A stretch of 64,000 nt of DNA, from the NCBI RefSeq assembly GCF_009914755.1, contig NC_060927.1. The stretch is one strand, 5' to 3'. A program made the translations under genes and the position numbers. The notes beneath the pieces are model-generated. The model worked only from the letters and a program-made list of their open reading frames with translations. It had not been told where the DNA came from and ran no database searches. Below, piece after piece: positions 26,049 through 39,960 of this stretch. Source of the DNA: the human T2T-CHM13v2.0 reference genome, Homo sapiens. The first letter of the stretch is position 1, and every line of letters starts with the position of its first letter.

Positions 26049-26825
26049 CCATTCTTTCTTTATATACAAAAATGGGCCAGTGTCTTAATTATAAACTGGA
26101 TTGAAGCTGAAAGAGACACTCACTGGATACCATCTGGATCTTTACTACTCAATGTGTAGTACCCAGACCATAAGTACCAACCTCATTCTGGTACATGTTA
26201 GCAGTGCAGAATCTCAGGTCCCACCCCAGACCTGCTGAATCAGAATCTTCATTTTAACAAGATCCTCAGGTGATCGCACACATATTGACATTTGAGAAGC
26301 ACTGGCTTATCTAGACATATCCTGAGGAAGATGAGATCCCAGGAAATTGAATGACCCATTCAAGGTCACAAATCTAGTTACCCTCCCACTGAATATGTTT
26401 TTTTTCTATATCCCTGCAGCTTTCAACTATGTTCCATAAAAATAATGTTATTGCTGCTGCTGTTGGCTGTTATTGAGCACTTCCTATGTTCTGGACATTG
26501 TGCTAATTACTTTATATGGATTATCTCATTTACTCTGTTACCACATCCTATGAATTCAGTACAGTTCTATTATTATCTCTTTTTTTTTCTGATAGGGAAA
26601 CCAAGGCCCAGACAGATTTAAATACTTGCTGTAAGTCGTGCAACTTCCAAGTGGTGAATCAGGGTTTAGAACTCATGTAATTTGACTTTGAAATCGGCCT
26701 GTATCTACTGGCCTGCATGTGTATCTTTAACTTTTCTCATCACTTTCAAAGCTCCTATCATGCATCTCAATCAATGAATCAATCAATCATATGTCTATCT
26801 AATTGTTTCGAGAGCAAAATGTTTA

Positions 26826-27265
<440 letters not shown>

Positions 27266-28123
27266 TCATCCCTTATAGCTCAGTTGTCCTGCCCTTCAGC
27301 TGTCCTTCCCAGCCCCTTTCCCATCACCTCAGGAGCCCTGGTTTAGCAATCATTGTGACTTTGATGTTGTAAAGTCCTTGCCTACTGAGTTGAAAAGACA
27401 AGAGGGCTGTTGATTCCCCACTTCAGGAGTGCTCAAAAGTTAGAGGGAAAAAAACGTAGTTAGGAACAGTTATGACAGAGCCATATCTTAGATTAATGAA
27501 TTGCTTTTGTGTGCTTTCTTGAAAACTTAACATGTAAGAGGTTATTTCCAGTAGCAACTTTTGCATACCAATCAACTTAACATCTGAAATGCAACCCACG
27601 AGTAAATTAGAAAGAGTCTATGTTATGTTCCAAAATGATTATAAAAGTTCCGCTTCTCTATAGCACCTTTAAAAAGTGTTGAATGTTCTAGAGTAAAATG
27701 ATTTTCCTTATAAGATGCTGGTACTTCCCCCTCACACTATAGACACACACATTCAATAAGTAAAAACAATATCAGAAAAGCCCAGATCTATAAAAAAACA
27801 CCTGAATTAGAATATGACTTTAAAATTTGAATTTGAGTTAGCTATTAAGCATCATGAAAATAGTCTTCCATTTGCACAAAAGCCAATTTCTACATAACTT
27901 TTCAGACTCTGGCTAGTATATGTTAACAAGATGAACTACAGATACTTTTGCTAGGGTCACTGTGGATCTAGACAATAAACAAACACTTTAAAAATCTTTG
28001 CTATGTGAATCATAAATAATATGACTGCACAGATTTGTAACATTCCCAAAGAAAAGTATTCAAGAATTTTATTCATATCTGGGAACAAACTCAGTTCATT
28101 TATTGGTGTTCTCCATAAAGCAT

Positions 28124-28124
<1 letters not shown>

Positions 28125-28162
<38 letters not shown>

Positions 28163-28175
28163 CTCTCTCTCTCTC
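28125..28175. repeat. Compound (CA)n(CT)n microsatellite
   Basis: Read directly. Confidence 0.95.
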
Positions 28176-30809
28176 ATGCTCACAAACAGACACGTGGTGC
28201 TTGATTCTAAATATCTTCTTTTAGGCTTCAATATCCTCAAAGTAAAGGCATTTCCTTATTCATGTTTTAATTTATTCTACTATAGCTACATGTTTTCTTG
28301 TCTTACTAAATGTTTGCTGAACTGAATAACACACCTTAACTACATATATCTGGAATTTCTGTTGTGAACTTTAATGGCAAATGGAAACGATTTGTGGGTT
28401 TTGTGGGGCTATCATTTTCAAACTCCTGATTTTTGTGATTTTTCGGGGCTGGCCATAATGCTATAGAGTTCTCTGATTTTATTTCTTTGGTACAAAAAAA
28501 GCAAAATGAATGAATTGTGATTGAGCCATGGAACCCAGTTGCTTGCATATGTAATAGGGATTCTAAATTACCACATAAACACAGCTGCAGTTTTTCAGTC
28601 CGAAGGCCTCGAGAAGCATGCCGACTGGGGAGTGGGGGTATTTGGAGCTCTAAATTTAAGTGCATTATTATGAGCTGTGATAGACAATCATCTCTTCTTA
28701 TTTAAATCTCTGGGCAACTATAAAACTAGACTGAGTCAAGTTTCTTATCTATGCCCAAATCTGAACAAGCAAGCTTAGCTCATATCTTAAAAGTTGACAA
28801 ATTGTACTTTATGGTATGTCATCAGCTGCTACATTTATGAAGCTACCGGAAGGTTAACAGTTTAGGAACAGTTTATATTTTAATTATCTCATAAAAGATA
28901 TTTCAAGTCATCCAAATTGATATAAATCATGTTTTCTTGCAGGGCAATAACTTCACACAGGAAAATAGATGTTTATTTACATATACAGACACATATATAC
29001 ACACTAAAACCTTTGTGCATGAATTTTAGCTTGAAAACAATAAGGAAAGGTAATTTTAAAATATATTTTCTTGCTAGTTTTTGAGTCACTATATTGGAGG
29101 AGAAAATACCTCTAAATAAACTTGTTTACTAAATTTGTTATTTAAATTAATTTAACAAGAAATATGTTTCATGATTTAAGCAGTGCTTTAATAAAGTTTA
29201 TATATTCAATGCCTTCTTTTAATATGCTTAGTAATATTTAAGATATTTTGAACAAAATTAATTACTCATTTATGGAAAACAGAATCCTATGACTATAGTC
29301 CCTTAAAGTATTCAATTGCATCAAATCAAATCAGGAAAGTTTTGCATACAAAATGAAATGAGAACTATCACCATGCCTTAATACTAATTAAATTAATTCA
29401 ATAAAAAATTGGAATCAGAGTCAATGTTATGTGGCCATTTTGTGTGTGTAAGGCTAGCTAGATTTAAGAAGAGTCTAGTGACAAAAGTCAGGATTGGACA
29501 AACTGAATTATAAATTATCTACTTTGTGGTCTAATCCTAGCAAATTATAAATCCAAGTTCTTTTCCTGTGGGTAACCAATACTGTTATGGGTTATCTTCT
29601 TTCTCCAGCACCTTGGGGAAATTCAATCTAAATCTGGAGTTAACTGAAACAACACTGACAATAACAGTATCACAACAAACAGACAAACGAAACCAAAACA
29701 GGTGATCTGTCCTTTACTCCAACCGTTTCAAATCAGATAGATTTAGGGAGAAGGGAATAATAAGTTAAATAATTCCTTATTTTTTTGTTTACCATTAAAC
29801 ATATTGTAATTGAGGATTATTTGTTTTTTATTGAAGAAGTGTTTGTTTTTTATGTTTTCTGAAAAGAAGTGATACTTCTTTCTAACATTGTTCAGACCAC
29901 ACGGTTAATTCAAATAACTATAAAAAGTTTACGTTTTTCCATTATATTAATATTTGATTTTTCACAAAACAAAGGCATCAGATGCACAAAGAGTCAGCAA
30001 AAGCATCACTTTCTACTGATTCCAGTTAAGCCAACTTTAGCAAAAAGAATCATTGCAGGAAAATTGGTCTTCAGCAAAATGTATTCATTTATAACAAATC
30101 AAATACAATCAGCACTTTTGAAAAATGAACAGTTATACAATCCCTCATGGATGTGTAGAGATTCACAGTACTCTAGAGTGGGAAGAAATTACAGAAGTTA
30201 CCTAGTAGGAACTCTTGTTTGACAGTTGAAGAAAACTGAGATGCACAAGATGGAAACCATTGACCTCAGACTGCTGTAAGCCCTCGAAAGTGGAGCACCT
30301 GTGTCTAATTCTGTGTTTGTGAAAACTATATTGTCCCTCATTATATTTTTCCTCTTCTTCCTTGGCAGTAAAATTTCTAGCTGGACATATGGCTCCCCAG
30401 AATGAAGTCTGTGCTCCCTAGCATCCCTTCAGCATCTTTGGTGCTACCGGATAAATTCTGAGCAATGGACATATAAAGAAGTGTTGTGTGGTTGCATCTG
30501 GGAAGTTCCTTTATGCTTTGTCCTTTATTTTTCACCCTCCTCTTCATGATGGCTGAACATTTGTACAATGGCCAGACCTGGAGAAACCATCTTGGGGGGA
30601 CTTGGGAATGGAGGTCCAGCCTTGGGGAGCAACAAAGTCAGAGGATCCTAAATTTCATGAAGGAGGATCCTGGAACTTGGGCTTATAGACTTTTAAATGA
30701 GAGAAGATAAAAAAAAGAAAGGCCTATTTCATTTAAGAAATGAATAGTTTTTATTTTTCTATTACTTCTAGTCAAATCTAATTCCATTTCCTATTTGGCT
30801 GTGACAGCA

Positions 30810-31442
30810 GATCCTTGTGCAGTGACTGACACATAGTGGGTGTTCAATAGATGTTTGAAGCAATCTGGGAGGTATCCCTGATACCTTCTCCTTCCCCATA
30901 TCCAACTCAGCATTGATGTCTATCAGTTTTACCTTCTGACATCTCTCAAATCTGTGCACTTGTCTTAATCTCCCTCCACCCATGTGAGCTGAAGCTTCTC
31001 TAGACCTTGTGTTGCCTAGGCTACTCAAAAGCCTTCTAAATGGTCTCATCACATCACATCCTTTTCCACTAAAAACTTGATTTTTGTTTTTTTTAGGAGC
31101 CAAATCCTTGACATAGGCTATGGGTCTTATTTCTCATCATTTTTAGTCTTACCATATGAGCTCCCCATTTCCTTCCCACCTCTTCTGAATTCACTTCTAG
31201 GAATCCTCAGGCCTCCCCTTAGCACTTCCTCAGGAAAGACTTCCTCCTGCAGAAAATCTCTCACTATCTTCTTATAGCACCGCACATTTCTGTATGTGTC
31301 ATAGCCTGTCTCTCCCAGTAAACTGTAAGCCCCAAAGAGGCAGTCATTATGGATGTTTTACATACTTTTATATCCTTAGTGTCTAGTATGGTGTCTGATA
31401 CATATTAGATGCTTAATAAACATTTGCTGAATGAATAAATGG
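30810..31442 (+). mobile_element. L2 fragments
   Basis: 3' terminus gcttaataaacatttgctgaatgaataaatg; actgtaagccc...gtgtctagtatggtgtctgatacata. Confidence 0.75.
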
Positions 31443-31704
31443 TATTGCAAATGCCATTGTTGGGATTTGGAAAATCGGTGGGCAGTGACTGGGTTTTAAA
31501 AGACAGAAAGAGAGGAGGAAAGAGAGAAAGGGAGGAGAGAGAGAGAGAGTGAGAACTCTTATGTTTACCTTATAAAATAGCCATTTAGCTCATTAGCTTA
31601 GTCAAATTCTAAATAATCTTAACTCCTAAGATTGGATGGACTAAAGTTTGAAGCCTACTGTCTTCCCATCACTGTCCTGAGCCTGACATCTAATAATTAG
31701 ATCA

Positions 31705-32535
31705 GCAGTCATCAAAGTGATTACAAGACCATTTCTGGGGGTCCATGAGATCCTGCCTTTCCAAGCTGGATATGGTCATATTTTCTTCACATACTTCAAC
31801 TCAAACAACATACTGCAGCAGATTGAATGCAGAAGCAGTTACGGGACTCCAGCTGTACTATTAAACTAAACGCTATGGTTTGAATGCTCACTCCAAAAAT
31901 CATGTTGAAATTTAATTGGATAAATTAATTGGGACATGGGGCCTTTAAGTAGTAGATTAATACCCTTATTGCAGGAGTTGGATATTTATCTCAGGAGTGG
32001 GCTCCTGGTAAAAGGATGAAGTTTGGTTTCCATTTTTCTCTCTGCCTCACGTGCTTCCTTGTCCTTCGGTCATGTTATGATGTAGCAAGAAGGCCCTACA
32101 GATACAGCCCCTTGATCCTGGACTTCCCAGCCTCTAGAACTATGAGCGAAATAAATTTATTTTCTTTTAAAGTTACCCAGTCTGTGATGTTCTATTAGCA
32201 AGAAATGACATTTAAACGTTTTGCAAAAATGTAAAATAATGCCTTTTGTTCACTAAATAGTTTCTTATTTTGGAAAATATAGTTGTTTTTTAAAAAACAT
32301 GTTCTTTACATTAACACATAAGGATTTATCATTGCTACTTTTAAATGATTAGTAAAAATATTTTAAACATTACTCATTTTCCATTCTAATACTATTGCTG
32401 CTATTTATAATATCCTATTTATTGATGCTATTTATATATCCTATTTATAATCCTCAGAATCAAAGCTCTTTGGGGTCTTCAATACTTTTTGAGAGTATGA
32501 AAGGGTCTTGAGACCGAAGCATTTGTGAACTGCTG
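31705..32535. mobile_element. Charlie1-type DNA transposon split by a nested MST LTR (~31872-32205)
   Basis: agattgaatgcagaagcag...ccagctg continues after the LTR as ttgcaaaaatgtaaaataatgcc...aaagctctttggggtc; insert reads gctatggtttgaatg...ggacttcccagcctctagaact...aaataaatt. Confidence 0.8.
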
Positions 32536-33779
32536 CATTAAAAAAAATCATTTCTTTGGTTTAAGACTTAGTCTCCTTAGTCTCTCAAACTACAAGTAAG
32601 TAGGAATGCAGCAGTAGAAAGAACCTAGATTTTTGGCATTAGTCAATGTGGCTTGGAAAGCTGGTGTAGCCTCAATAACTGGTTGTGTGAACTTGGGAAA
32701 GTCAGGTAACTTCTGAGAGTCTCATTTTTCTCTTAGGATAAAAACACCTCAGTAGGTTATTGTGAAAATAAAAGAAAAACATGAGAAAGCACTCAGCATA
32801 GTGCTGGCACATAATAGGTATGTGCTTGGCACACAGAAGTATTAAATTTTATTGTCAACTATACATTGGTGTGAGTTTGTTAATCTTTTTTCAAACGGCT
32901 TTTAAGGATCTGGTGATGCAGTGGTACGTGGTAAAAGTTTAGTAACTAGCTCTCTGGAAATAAAGATTCCTGTTTTTTAGAATTTGCTGATTCTCATGCT
33001 GTAAATATTTGCACCTTGGCTGATTTTAATGTCCATTTGGAGGAGATGGGCTCAAATCACTTGTGAACAGGTATGAGACAGTTTCAGCATAAAATGTTCT
33101 GGGCCCAAGAGTGGAATCTAGAAAAAGGAGACACATAAGGTAGAATAAGAGTCTCAGGACGTGATGGTGAAATTTCGGCTAATTCAGTATTTTGCCTCAA
33201 GCCTTTCCTTTAACGCTTAGAGTTCCCAGTTTTCTTTTTGGTTGGATTGAATCACTGGCATCACCAAGAGGGTGCCATGAAGACTTTCGTATCCAAGTTA
33301 TCTGCCACCGAGTCTCATATTACCACCAGAAGAGTAACTATTTGGGGAAGCATATTGTCCAGATAACCTAGTTAAAATAAGGGATCATTGACAGATTAGT
33401 CTGGCTTAGATGTCAGAGGTGTAATGCCCTAAAATGATGCTGCAGAACAGTGGATCTCAAAGAGTGCACCCCAGACAAGCAGCAAGGTATCACCTGGTTG
33501 TTGGAAATGAAAATCATCAGATCCCACTCAGCCCTATTAAATTGTAAATTCCGGGGGTGGGGCCCAGCAATCTGAGTTTTAACAAACCCTTCCTACAGAA
33601 CCCCTGGTGTAGGAGAAGTTCACGAACCCAGATAGGTGGGAAGACTGCAGTGATTGGAGCAGGGAGTGATCTGGGCATCCTGGGTATCCCAAGGGAACCT
33701 GGGGCAAAGACAAGCTGAGACTGGGCACAGCGGGTGCTGTTGGTTCCCGCTGGAGCCCCTTCACTGATCTGGTACTTCC

Positions 33780-34090
33780 CTCGCCTTCTGTGGTGTGTTG
33801 GTTGCTAAGGACTCGAAGATGTTCCCTTCTCTGGAGAACTGCCAGGGCTGCATGACAATAGCTACAAAAGCCTCCCCCTTTGCTTCAAAGTGAAACTAAC
33901 TCTGTGATGTAGTTCATGTTCCTAGTGGGACAGACTAAAGCCAGTCTCCAGTAGGGATGACAGTCTTGCTCACCTTCTCGCCTGCCCAATTCTGCTCCCC
34001 TTACTCTTCTCCTAAAAGCACTCCTGACGAAAATCGCCTCAGCATGAATCTTGGTCACAGGTTCTGCTTCTAGGAAACCTGACCTGAGAC
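33780..34090. mobile_element. LTR16-family ERVL LTR
   Basis: actaactctgtgatgtagttcatg...ctaaagccagtctcc...ctgcttctaggaaacctgacctgagac. Confidence 0.65.
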
Positions 34091-35059
34091 CGGGTTTCAA
34101 AGTGAGACAATTCTGGGTTTGCGTCTGGACTTCCCCGACTGTTAACTATGTGACTTCAGGTTTGTTGGGTAATCTCCCTTGTCTTAGTTTCCTTAGGTGT
34201 TAAATGGAGATAATGATGCCCACTTTGCGGGTTTGCTGTGGCAATGAAAGGGACACTGTATAAAAGTCCTCAGCACAGTGCCTAGAGGGTGGTATGGACT
34301 GTCCGGAGCCTCCTTTGATCTTTTGCTGACTCGCCTTTTGGCCTTGGGCATGTTAATGTTTTCATGTTGTCTGTTTCCTTCGTAGGGACTCACCGTGTAT
34401 CTAACACCAGGCTACCTCACCAATAACTAGAAGTGAGAAATATTGGTTCAAGTGGTAAAGTACTTGGCAAAATGTGGAGTGCGGGCATAAAGCATAACGG
34501 GCACTAACCATACAACAGAAGGTGGAGATATTGGGAAAGAAGTGTCTGGGAGTTCAGAGGCTGGGAGAGGTGGGTGCTCTGGCCAGAGGCTTCCTGGGAT
34601 TTTCCTCCCCCTACCCCCTCCCAAGTAGCAGCAGCACAGTGAACTTGAAGACCTTGGAAACCGCAACTTGGTTTTGCCCAAGTCTGAGGAGTCTGATAAA
34701 CCCGGAGGCAAAAAAAGGCAGGAGAGATTGGGGTGACTTCCTGCCTATGCCCTGTCTTTATCCAGAGTTCCTTCTTGTCTTTGAGGTCTAGACTCAGTTG
34801 TCCCTTCACAGAAGCCTTTTCCAACCAGCCCATTTTAAGTGCCCTTCTCCATCTCATGGCCCAATTCTACTATTTTCCCAGCATTTACCTCCACTAGGCA
34901 GTAGTTTGTCTGGGTGTTTGCTGAGGTGTGTATAGTCTGTCTCCTGTTGGAACTCCTGAGGGTAGGGGCTCAGTGTGTCCTGCTCCCTGCTCTTTCCCAG
35001 CTACACAGTAGGTCCTCAATCAATACTTGGTCTTGGAGTCACTGGATTCGAATACATTG

Positions 35060-35650
35060 TTGATAAGTGGTAAGCAGGTGCAGTCGTTTGGAAACCTGTT
35101 GGCCATGTCTACCAAAGCTGAGCAAATGCCTTCTTAAGATTCAGCAATTCCATTCCTAGTCATTTATCCACAGAAATGCAAAAATGCCCACCAAAAGGCA
35201 TGTACCAGAATGTTCACAGTAGCATTTTTTGTAACAACCACAAAACTGGAAGCTACCTATATCTTCATTAAAATAGAATGAATAAGCTAATTGTAGTATA
35301 TTCATACAAAGAAATACTGTGTACAGCAATGAGAAACAACCATCTTCAACCACAGGCAAAAGCATGGATGAATCTCACTAACATGCTATTGAGTGAAAAC
35401 AAACCAGACACAAAAGAGCACATTCTCTATGATTCTATTTACATAAAGTACAAAAACAGGCAAAACTAGTCCTGGTGTTGGAAGGCAGGGTAGGGATTGC
35501 CCCGATTGGTGGAAAGAGCTGAGGGGGCATTGAGAGTGCAGGTCATGTTCTGTTGCTTGGTGTGACTGCTAGTTAAACAGGTGTGTGAAGTTCGTGAACA
35601 AGCATCTAGCTGTGCACCAGGCACCTTTGATACTGCAATGAAATATACAT
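35060..35650 (+). mobile_element. L1ME-type 3' fragment abutting CpG island 2
   Basis: cagcaattccattcctag...gaatgttcacagtagca...catggatgaatctcac...aggcaaaact. Confidence 0.85.
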
Positions 35651-35749
35651 TACAACAATTGCATGGGGTTTTCCCCAGGACAGTGTAGCCAGTCTCAGTA
35701 ACATTTCCATTAAATAAGACTTGCTGGGAGCTTGGAGCCCCAGAGTTAG

Positions 35750-36810
35750 GAGCTCACTCTTGCAGAGATGTGCGCGGCCCCACCCTCCCTGTTCTTCCGA
35801 CGCACTGCCAGGCCAGCGAGCGCTCACCGGGCTGCCTAACGCGCAGCGGAGGGGACTCGAGTCCCGAGACCCGGAAGGGGCCGCCCAGCGCTCTCAGCCG
35901 GCTCGTAGAGCCAGGGCCGGGCTCAGGGACCTTCAGAGCAAGAAACACCGAAGGTGTAAAGCCCGAGCGAGCAGCTCGAGTCTCAGTCCTGCAGCCTAAG
36001 GCAGCCCCTCCAAGCCGTGGGCGCCGGCCGTCCGTCTCCTCACCGTGGCGCCCTTTACTCGGCCACCCGGGGCACGGCCAGGGGCTTCACCGAGCCCCGG
36101 GTCCACCGTGGTCGCGGCCGCCGGTCGCCGGGAGCCCGGAGCCGGGACGCGAGGGTTGGGGGTTGGGGATGGGTCCCAGTGTCGCGCGGGAGTTCAAAGC
36201 CCGGCACTGGCACGGGGCTCCGCCGCCGCAGCCGCTGGAGCCTTGGGCTCCCGCCGCGGGGAGAGCGGGGGGAGGGCGCCTGTCCCGGAGTGACCCGGCG
36301 GCGGAGGAAGGGCGGGCCGCAGGCGGCGGGCCCGGGGGACCTTGAGCGGGCGGGCGAGGAGCGGGTGAGACCGAGGTCGACAGAGTGGGGGCCCCACGAG
36401 GCCCGCGCCTGGTCGGGAAGAGAGTAGGAGATTCCCCCGCGAGCTCAGACCCGGCACTGAGGGAAGAGACACTCCGAGTCCTGCGTCTCCAAGTTTTGCT
36501 CCAATGCCCTTGACATTGAATGCATGTGTGGCGTCTATCCTGGCGCAGGCGATTTGATATTTTCAATAGGCCTAACCTCACCAGTGGCGTGCCCGGCCCG
36601 GCTGGCTAGCGGCTCCTGTCCCCAAGACCCCCGCAGTCACCAGACCTTTGCACTGCCCAGCGCTGGAGGGGGCGACCAGAGCCTTACAGGCTCCACGGTG
36701 GGCGGGCTCTTACCTCCTGACTTATTCCTCCTGGCGCTGCAGGGGGCACTGAGGTTAGGTGTCCGGTGGGAGGCTGGACTGTGTGTGCGTGTGTGTTGGG
36801 CGGAGGCGTG
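35750..36810. promoter_or_regulatory. CpG island 2 (no coding gene attached)
   Basis: About 1 kb of very high GC and CpG, GC boxes, splice donors on both strands. Confidence 0.9.
35762..35835 (-). ncRNA. MIR4792: MIR4792 annotated locus (doubtful miRNA); mature CGGUGAGCGCUCGCUGGC at 35829->35812
   Basis: 74-nt minus-strand sequence GCAGCCCGGTGAGCGCTCGCTGGCC...CACATCTCTGC matches the remembered hsa-mir-4792 entry. Confidence is for the locus identity, not miRNA function. Confidence 0.75.
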
Positions 36811-39594
36811 GGGGGAAGGGAAGTGGAGGGTAGGTTGCTGAGCCCAGGGTCCGTAACAGCAGCACATCCCAGGTTCCACCCCCACCCACAGGGCTGGTAA
36901 ATCCTCCCCTTTCCTGGGGTCTGAGTGAGAGGATAGTACAAAGGTCAGATTGTCCAAAAGGATAGTGGGTTCTGCTGTGAGATTTAATTGTGACGGCATC
37001 ACCAAATGGCCGTTGAATTTCTCGATCATTTCACAGAGGAAGACATCCTATTTTGAGTGTCCTGAAGTGATTTTAATTTTCATCTGGGCAGGTGGTGATA
37101 ACTTCTGGAAACACCAAGGACTAAAAAGGAAGGAAACTGCAGAAAGTGGGGGGCCACAGAAGCAGCAGCTCGCAGTCATGTTCCAAGACTAGCAATCCAT
37201 AAACATTGCTTGCCCTGGGGGGGGGAAAATAAAGATTTCGCCAATACTGCATCTCTTCGATTTTTACCCATTTCCTTTACTTGGTCCTATTTTTACTTGG
37301 TCAAAGAAACACGTGTATCATATACTCAGAATTTCCCCTTAATTATAAGTTTTTTACAAAAAGTCAATAAAAGACAAAATGGGAAGTGTTGAAGCACTGT
37401 CCAGAAACTATAGTAATAGCAATATAAAAAGAAGGGTAGTGAACTGACCTTAGCAAATTTGCTCTGCCACTAATTTGCTAGTCAAGTGACCCTATTTTCC
37501 TGACTCTGTTTCTTTAGTAAAATGTGGATGTTATCATAGGTGACCGCAGATCCTGAAGTTCCTTTGTGTGTGGGGGGGGGAGGGTGGGTGAGATTTAAAA
37601 ATTTGATTCAAATAAATTTCCATTCGCTCTATGGTTCAATATTTAATGCCCTGCCTGTTTTAAGCTGAGGAATAGATGTCTGAACATACATTTCCTCATC
37701 CTAAATCCCTTTGATCCTCTCATAATGCTCAAAGTGCAGTGTTGATGTCTGGCAGGCTTTGTGTTCAGTTTGTACCATTTGCAAATGTAGTGAGGATTAC
37801 AGTGGAATGGAGGAAAGAATGGCTGCAGGATTTCTTGGACCAGAGAAACTCACACTTCTCTTTCCATTTTCACTCTCATTAGCACACAACTTTTAAAAGT
37901 TGGCCTGGGCACAGCAACACTTTCACACATCCATACTAAAATCCATGCTAATCTTTCCCATGGGATGTAATTCAATTGAATTGACATTCTAATAAAATAC
38001 TGGCGAAGACACAATCACAGTTTCCCTGCAATGCATAATTAAAATAGCACTATGCAGTTGCTTACACTTCAGATAATGGCTTCCTACATATTGTTGGTTA
38101 TGAAATTTCAGGGTTTTCATTTCTGTATGTTAATAGAACATTTAAAAACGACCCTTTTTAGCAAAGTTGTAATCTTAGTTTGTCATTGCTAGGAATGTGC
38201 TAAAGCCTAAGTCTGCTTTCAGATTGGTCTTGGGCAGTAACTTAATGTATCAAAAACTGCCTTCAAATCTGTGCTTTCTGTTCATAGCTTACTGAGCCCC
38301 CTCTCCTACCTTGAAATCATGTGCTTAGGAGTGGTTTGAATCTACCATATATATATTTGGGAAGTCTTAACTATCTTCTAAAAGACTAAAGAGTAAGGGA
38401 TGATTTACCTTGGGTAATGAAACTCAGATTTTGCTGTTGTTTTTGTTCCAAAGTGTTTTATACTGATAAAGCAACCCCGGTTTAGCATTGCCATTGGTAA
38501 CACTGTGCAGAAATACTATGCACTTTGGGTTCCTTCACTTCACTTAAAATCTGTGGTTGCTAAATTGTTGATACTCTAGGTTATGAATTAACCAGTAGTC
38601 AAACTGAACAATTCCCCATTGACAGTTTTTGTTTAATGGCCAACAACACCTGAAATTTGGATAAAGGAGCTGGAAAAGAAGAGTGGGCCCCTTTGTGGAT
38701 TCCTACATGTTTTAGGTAAAGCTTGATTAGTTGTTCCTCACCTATATTATGGGGCTATTTTTAGCAATGCCCTTAGCTAGATGTATTTACTCATGGGACA
38801 TAACCTTACTGATACTGTACATTTGTAGTGTTAACAATCTCTGACTTAGGAATGTGGTCTGAGTCATAGAACACCTCAGAAAGTGGGTAAAGCTTATTAT
38901 CGAAGCTGGGAAGGGCCACATCCTTTATTGGGGCTCAAGGCATTTAATCACCAATGATTCACACATGAACTCTAAACTAGGTTTACCCTCCAAAGTGGAG
39001 ATAAGTCCTGGGTGCCCAGACCAGTGAGGAGCGGGAGGATTGAACTGTGAAGTGTATTGAAGTATATTCCCTACAAGTACTTCTCTTTGAGCAGAGCTAT
39101 ATATTTAGGTAGACTGCTCTCAGGCAGAATGAAACATGATGGCACCTGCCACTCACGACCAGGAACCAAACAGGAAAGAATCCAAATTCTGTGTTTACAG
39201 GGCTTTCATGCTCAGTAAAATGCATAAGCACTTTTATTAGGGTTCTTAAAATTAGAAATCTATACTCCTATTTTGCTTTCATTTTCCTTTGGGATTTAAA
39301 TAAAGCACTCCTACCCTCCCCGCCCCCCGATCCCAAATCACACCCTCTTTTGGCTGTGTTAACAAAAGTTAGGTCCAGGAGACAGAAGGGTTACACATAT
39401 ATGTGGGAGCTGTGCAGAGTGAACAGTATTGGTAAAAGAAAATTCAGCTCAAGACAGAAACTAAATGGAGATGTGAAAGAGCAAGGCTAAGCTAGACTTT
39501 CAAGCAATTGAACATTTCTCATTTGTTTTACAGTGAGAACTGCTGCCCTACCAGACCAACAGTATTTTAAATGTGAATTCTGTCTCCTTACCAG

Positions 39595-39960
39595 CTGTTT
39601 CAATTAGGCAAGGTAGCTGTGTAACAAATAGACCCCAAGATAAATAATGGCACAAAGAATAGTCAATGATAGTTTTTCTTGGTTGGGGTGTAGTGGTGGC
39701 TATTCTCCTTCATGTTGTTACTCTAGGACCCTGGCTTTTCTTATCTGTGGCTCCACTATCCCTTTGACGTAATCTTTTGCATCTAGGTAGAAGAGGGAAA
39801 GTAGGGTCAAGGAAGCATCTGCTTGAAAGCTTTGAGCTAAAAGTGGCACACATAATTTTTGTTCACCTTCTCTTGGCTAGAACTCAGCCTTGTGGCCTTA
39901 CCTCCCCGTGAGAAAGCCTGGGGTATACAACCTAACTGTATGACAAGGAAGAGAAGGGAA
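39595..39960. mobile_element. Old MLT1 LTR, followed by a MIR at ~40025-40230
   Basis: gctgtgtaacaaatagacccc...ttggctagaactcag; cccattttacagatggtaaaacaga (MIR). Confidence 0.6.

Noticed and set aside
35606-37029. ORFs up to 191 aa in CpG island 2
   Set aside because: Same GC artefact; many use non-ATG starts and none resembles a known protein
37950-39250. Possible snoRNA or miRNA cluster
   Set aside because: No convincing C/D box pair with terminal stem, H/ACA fold or pre-miRNA hairpin found by eye
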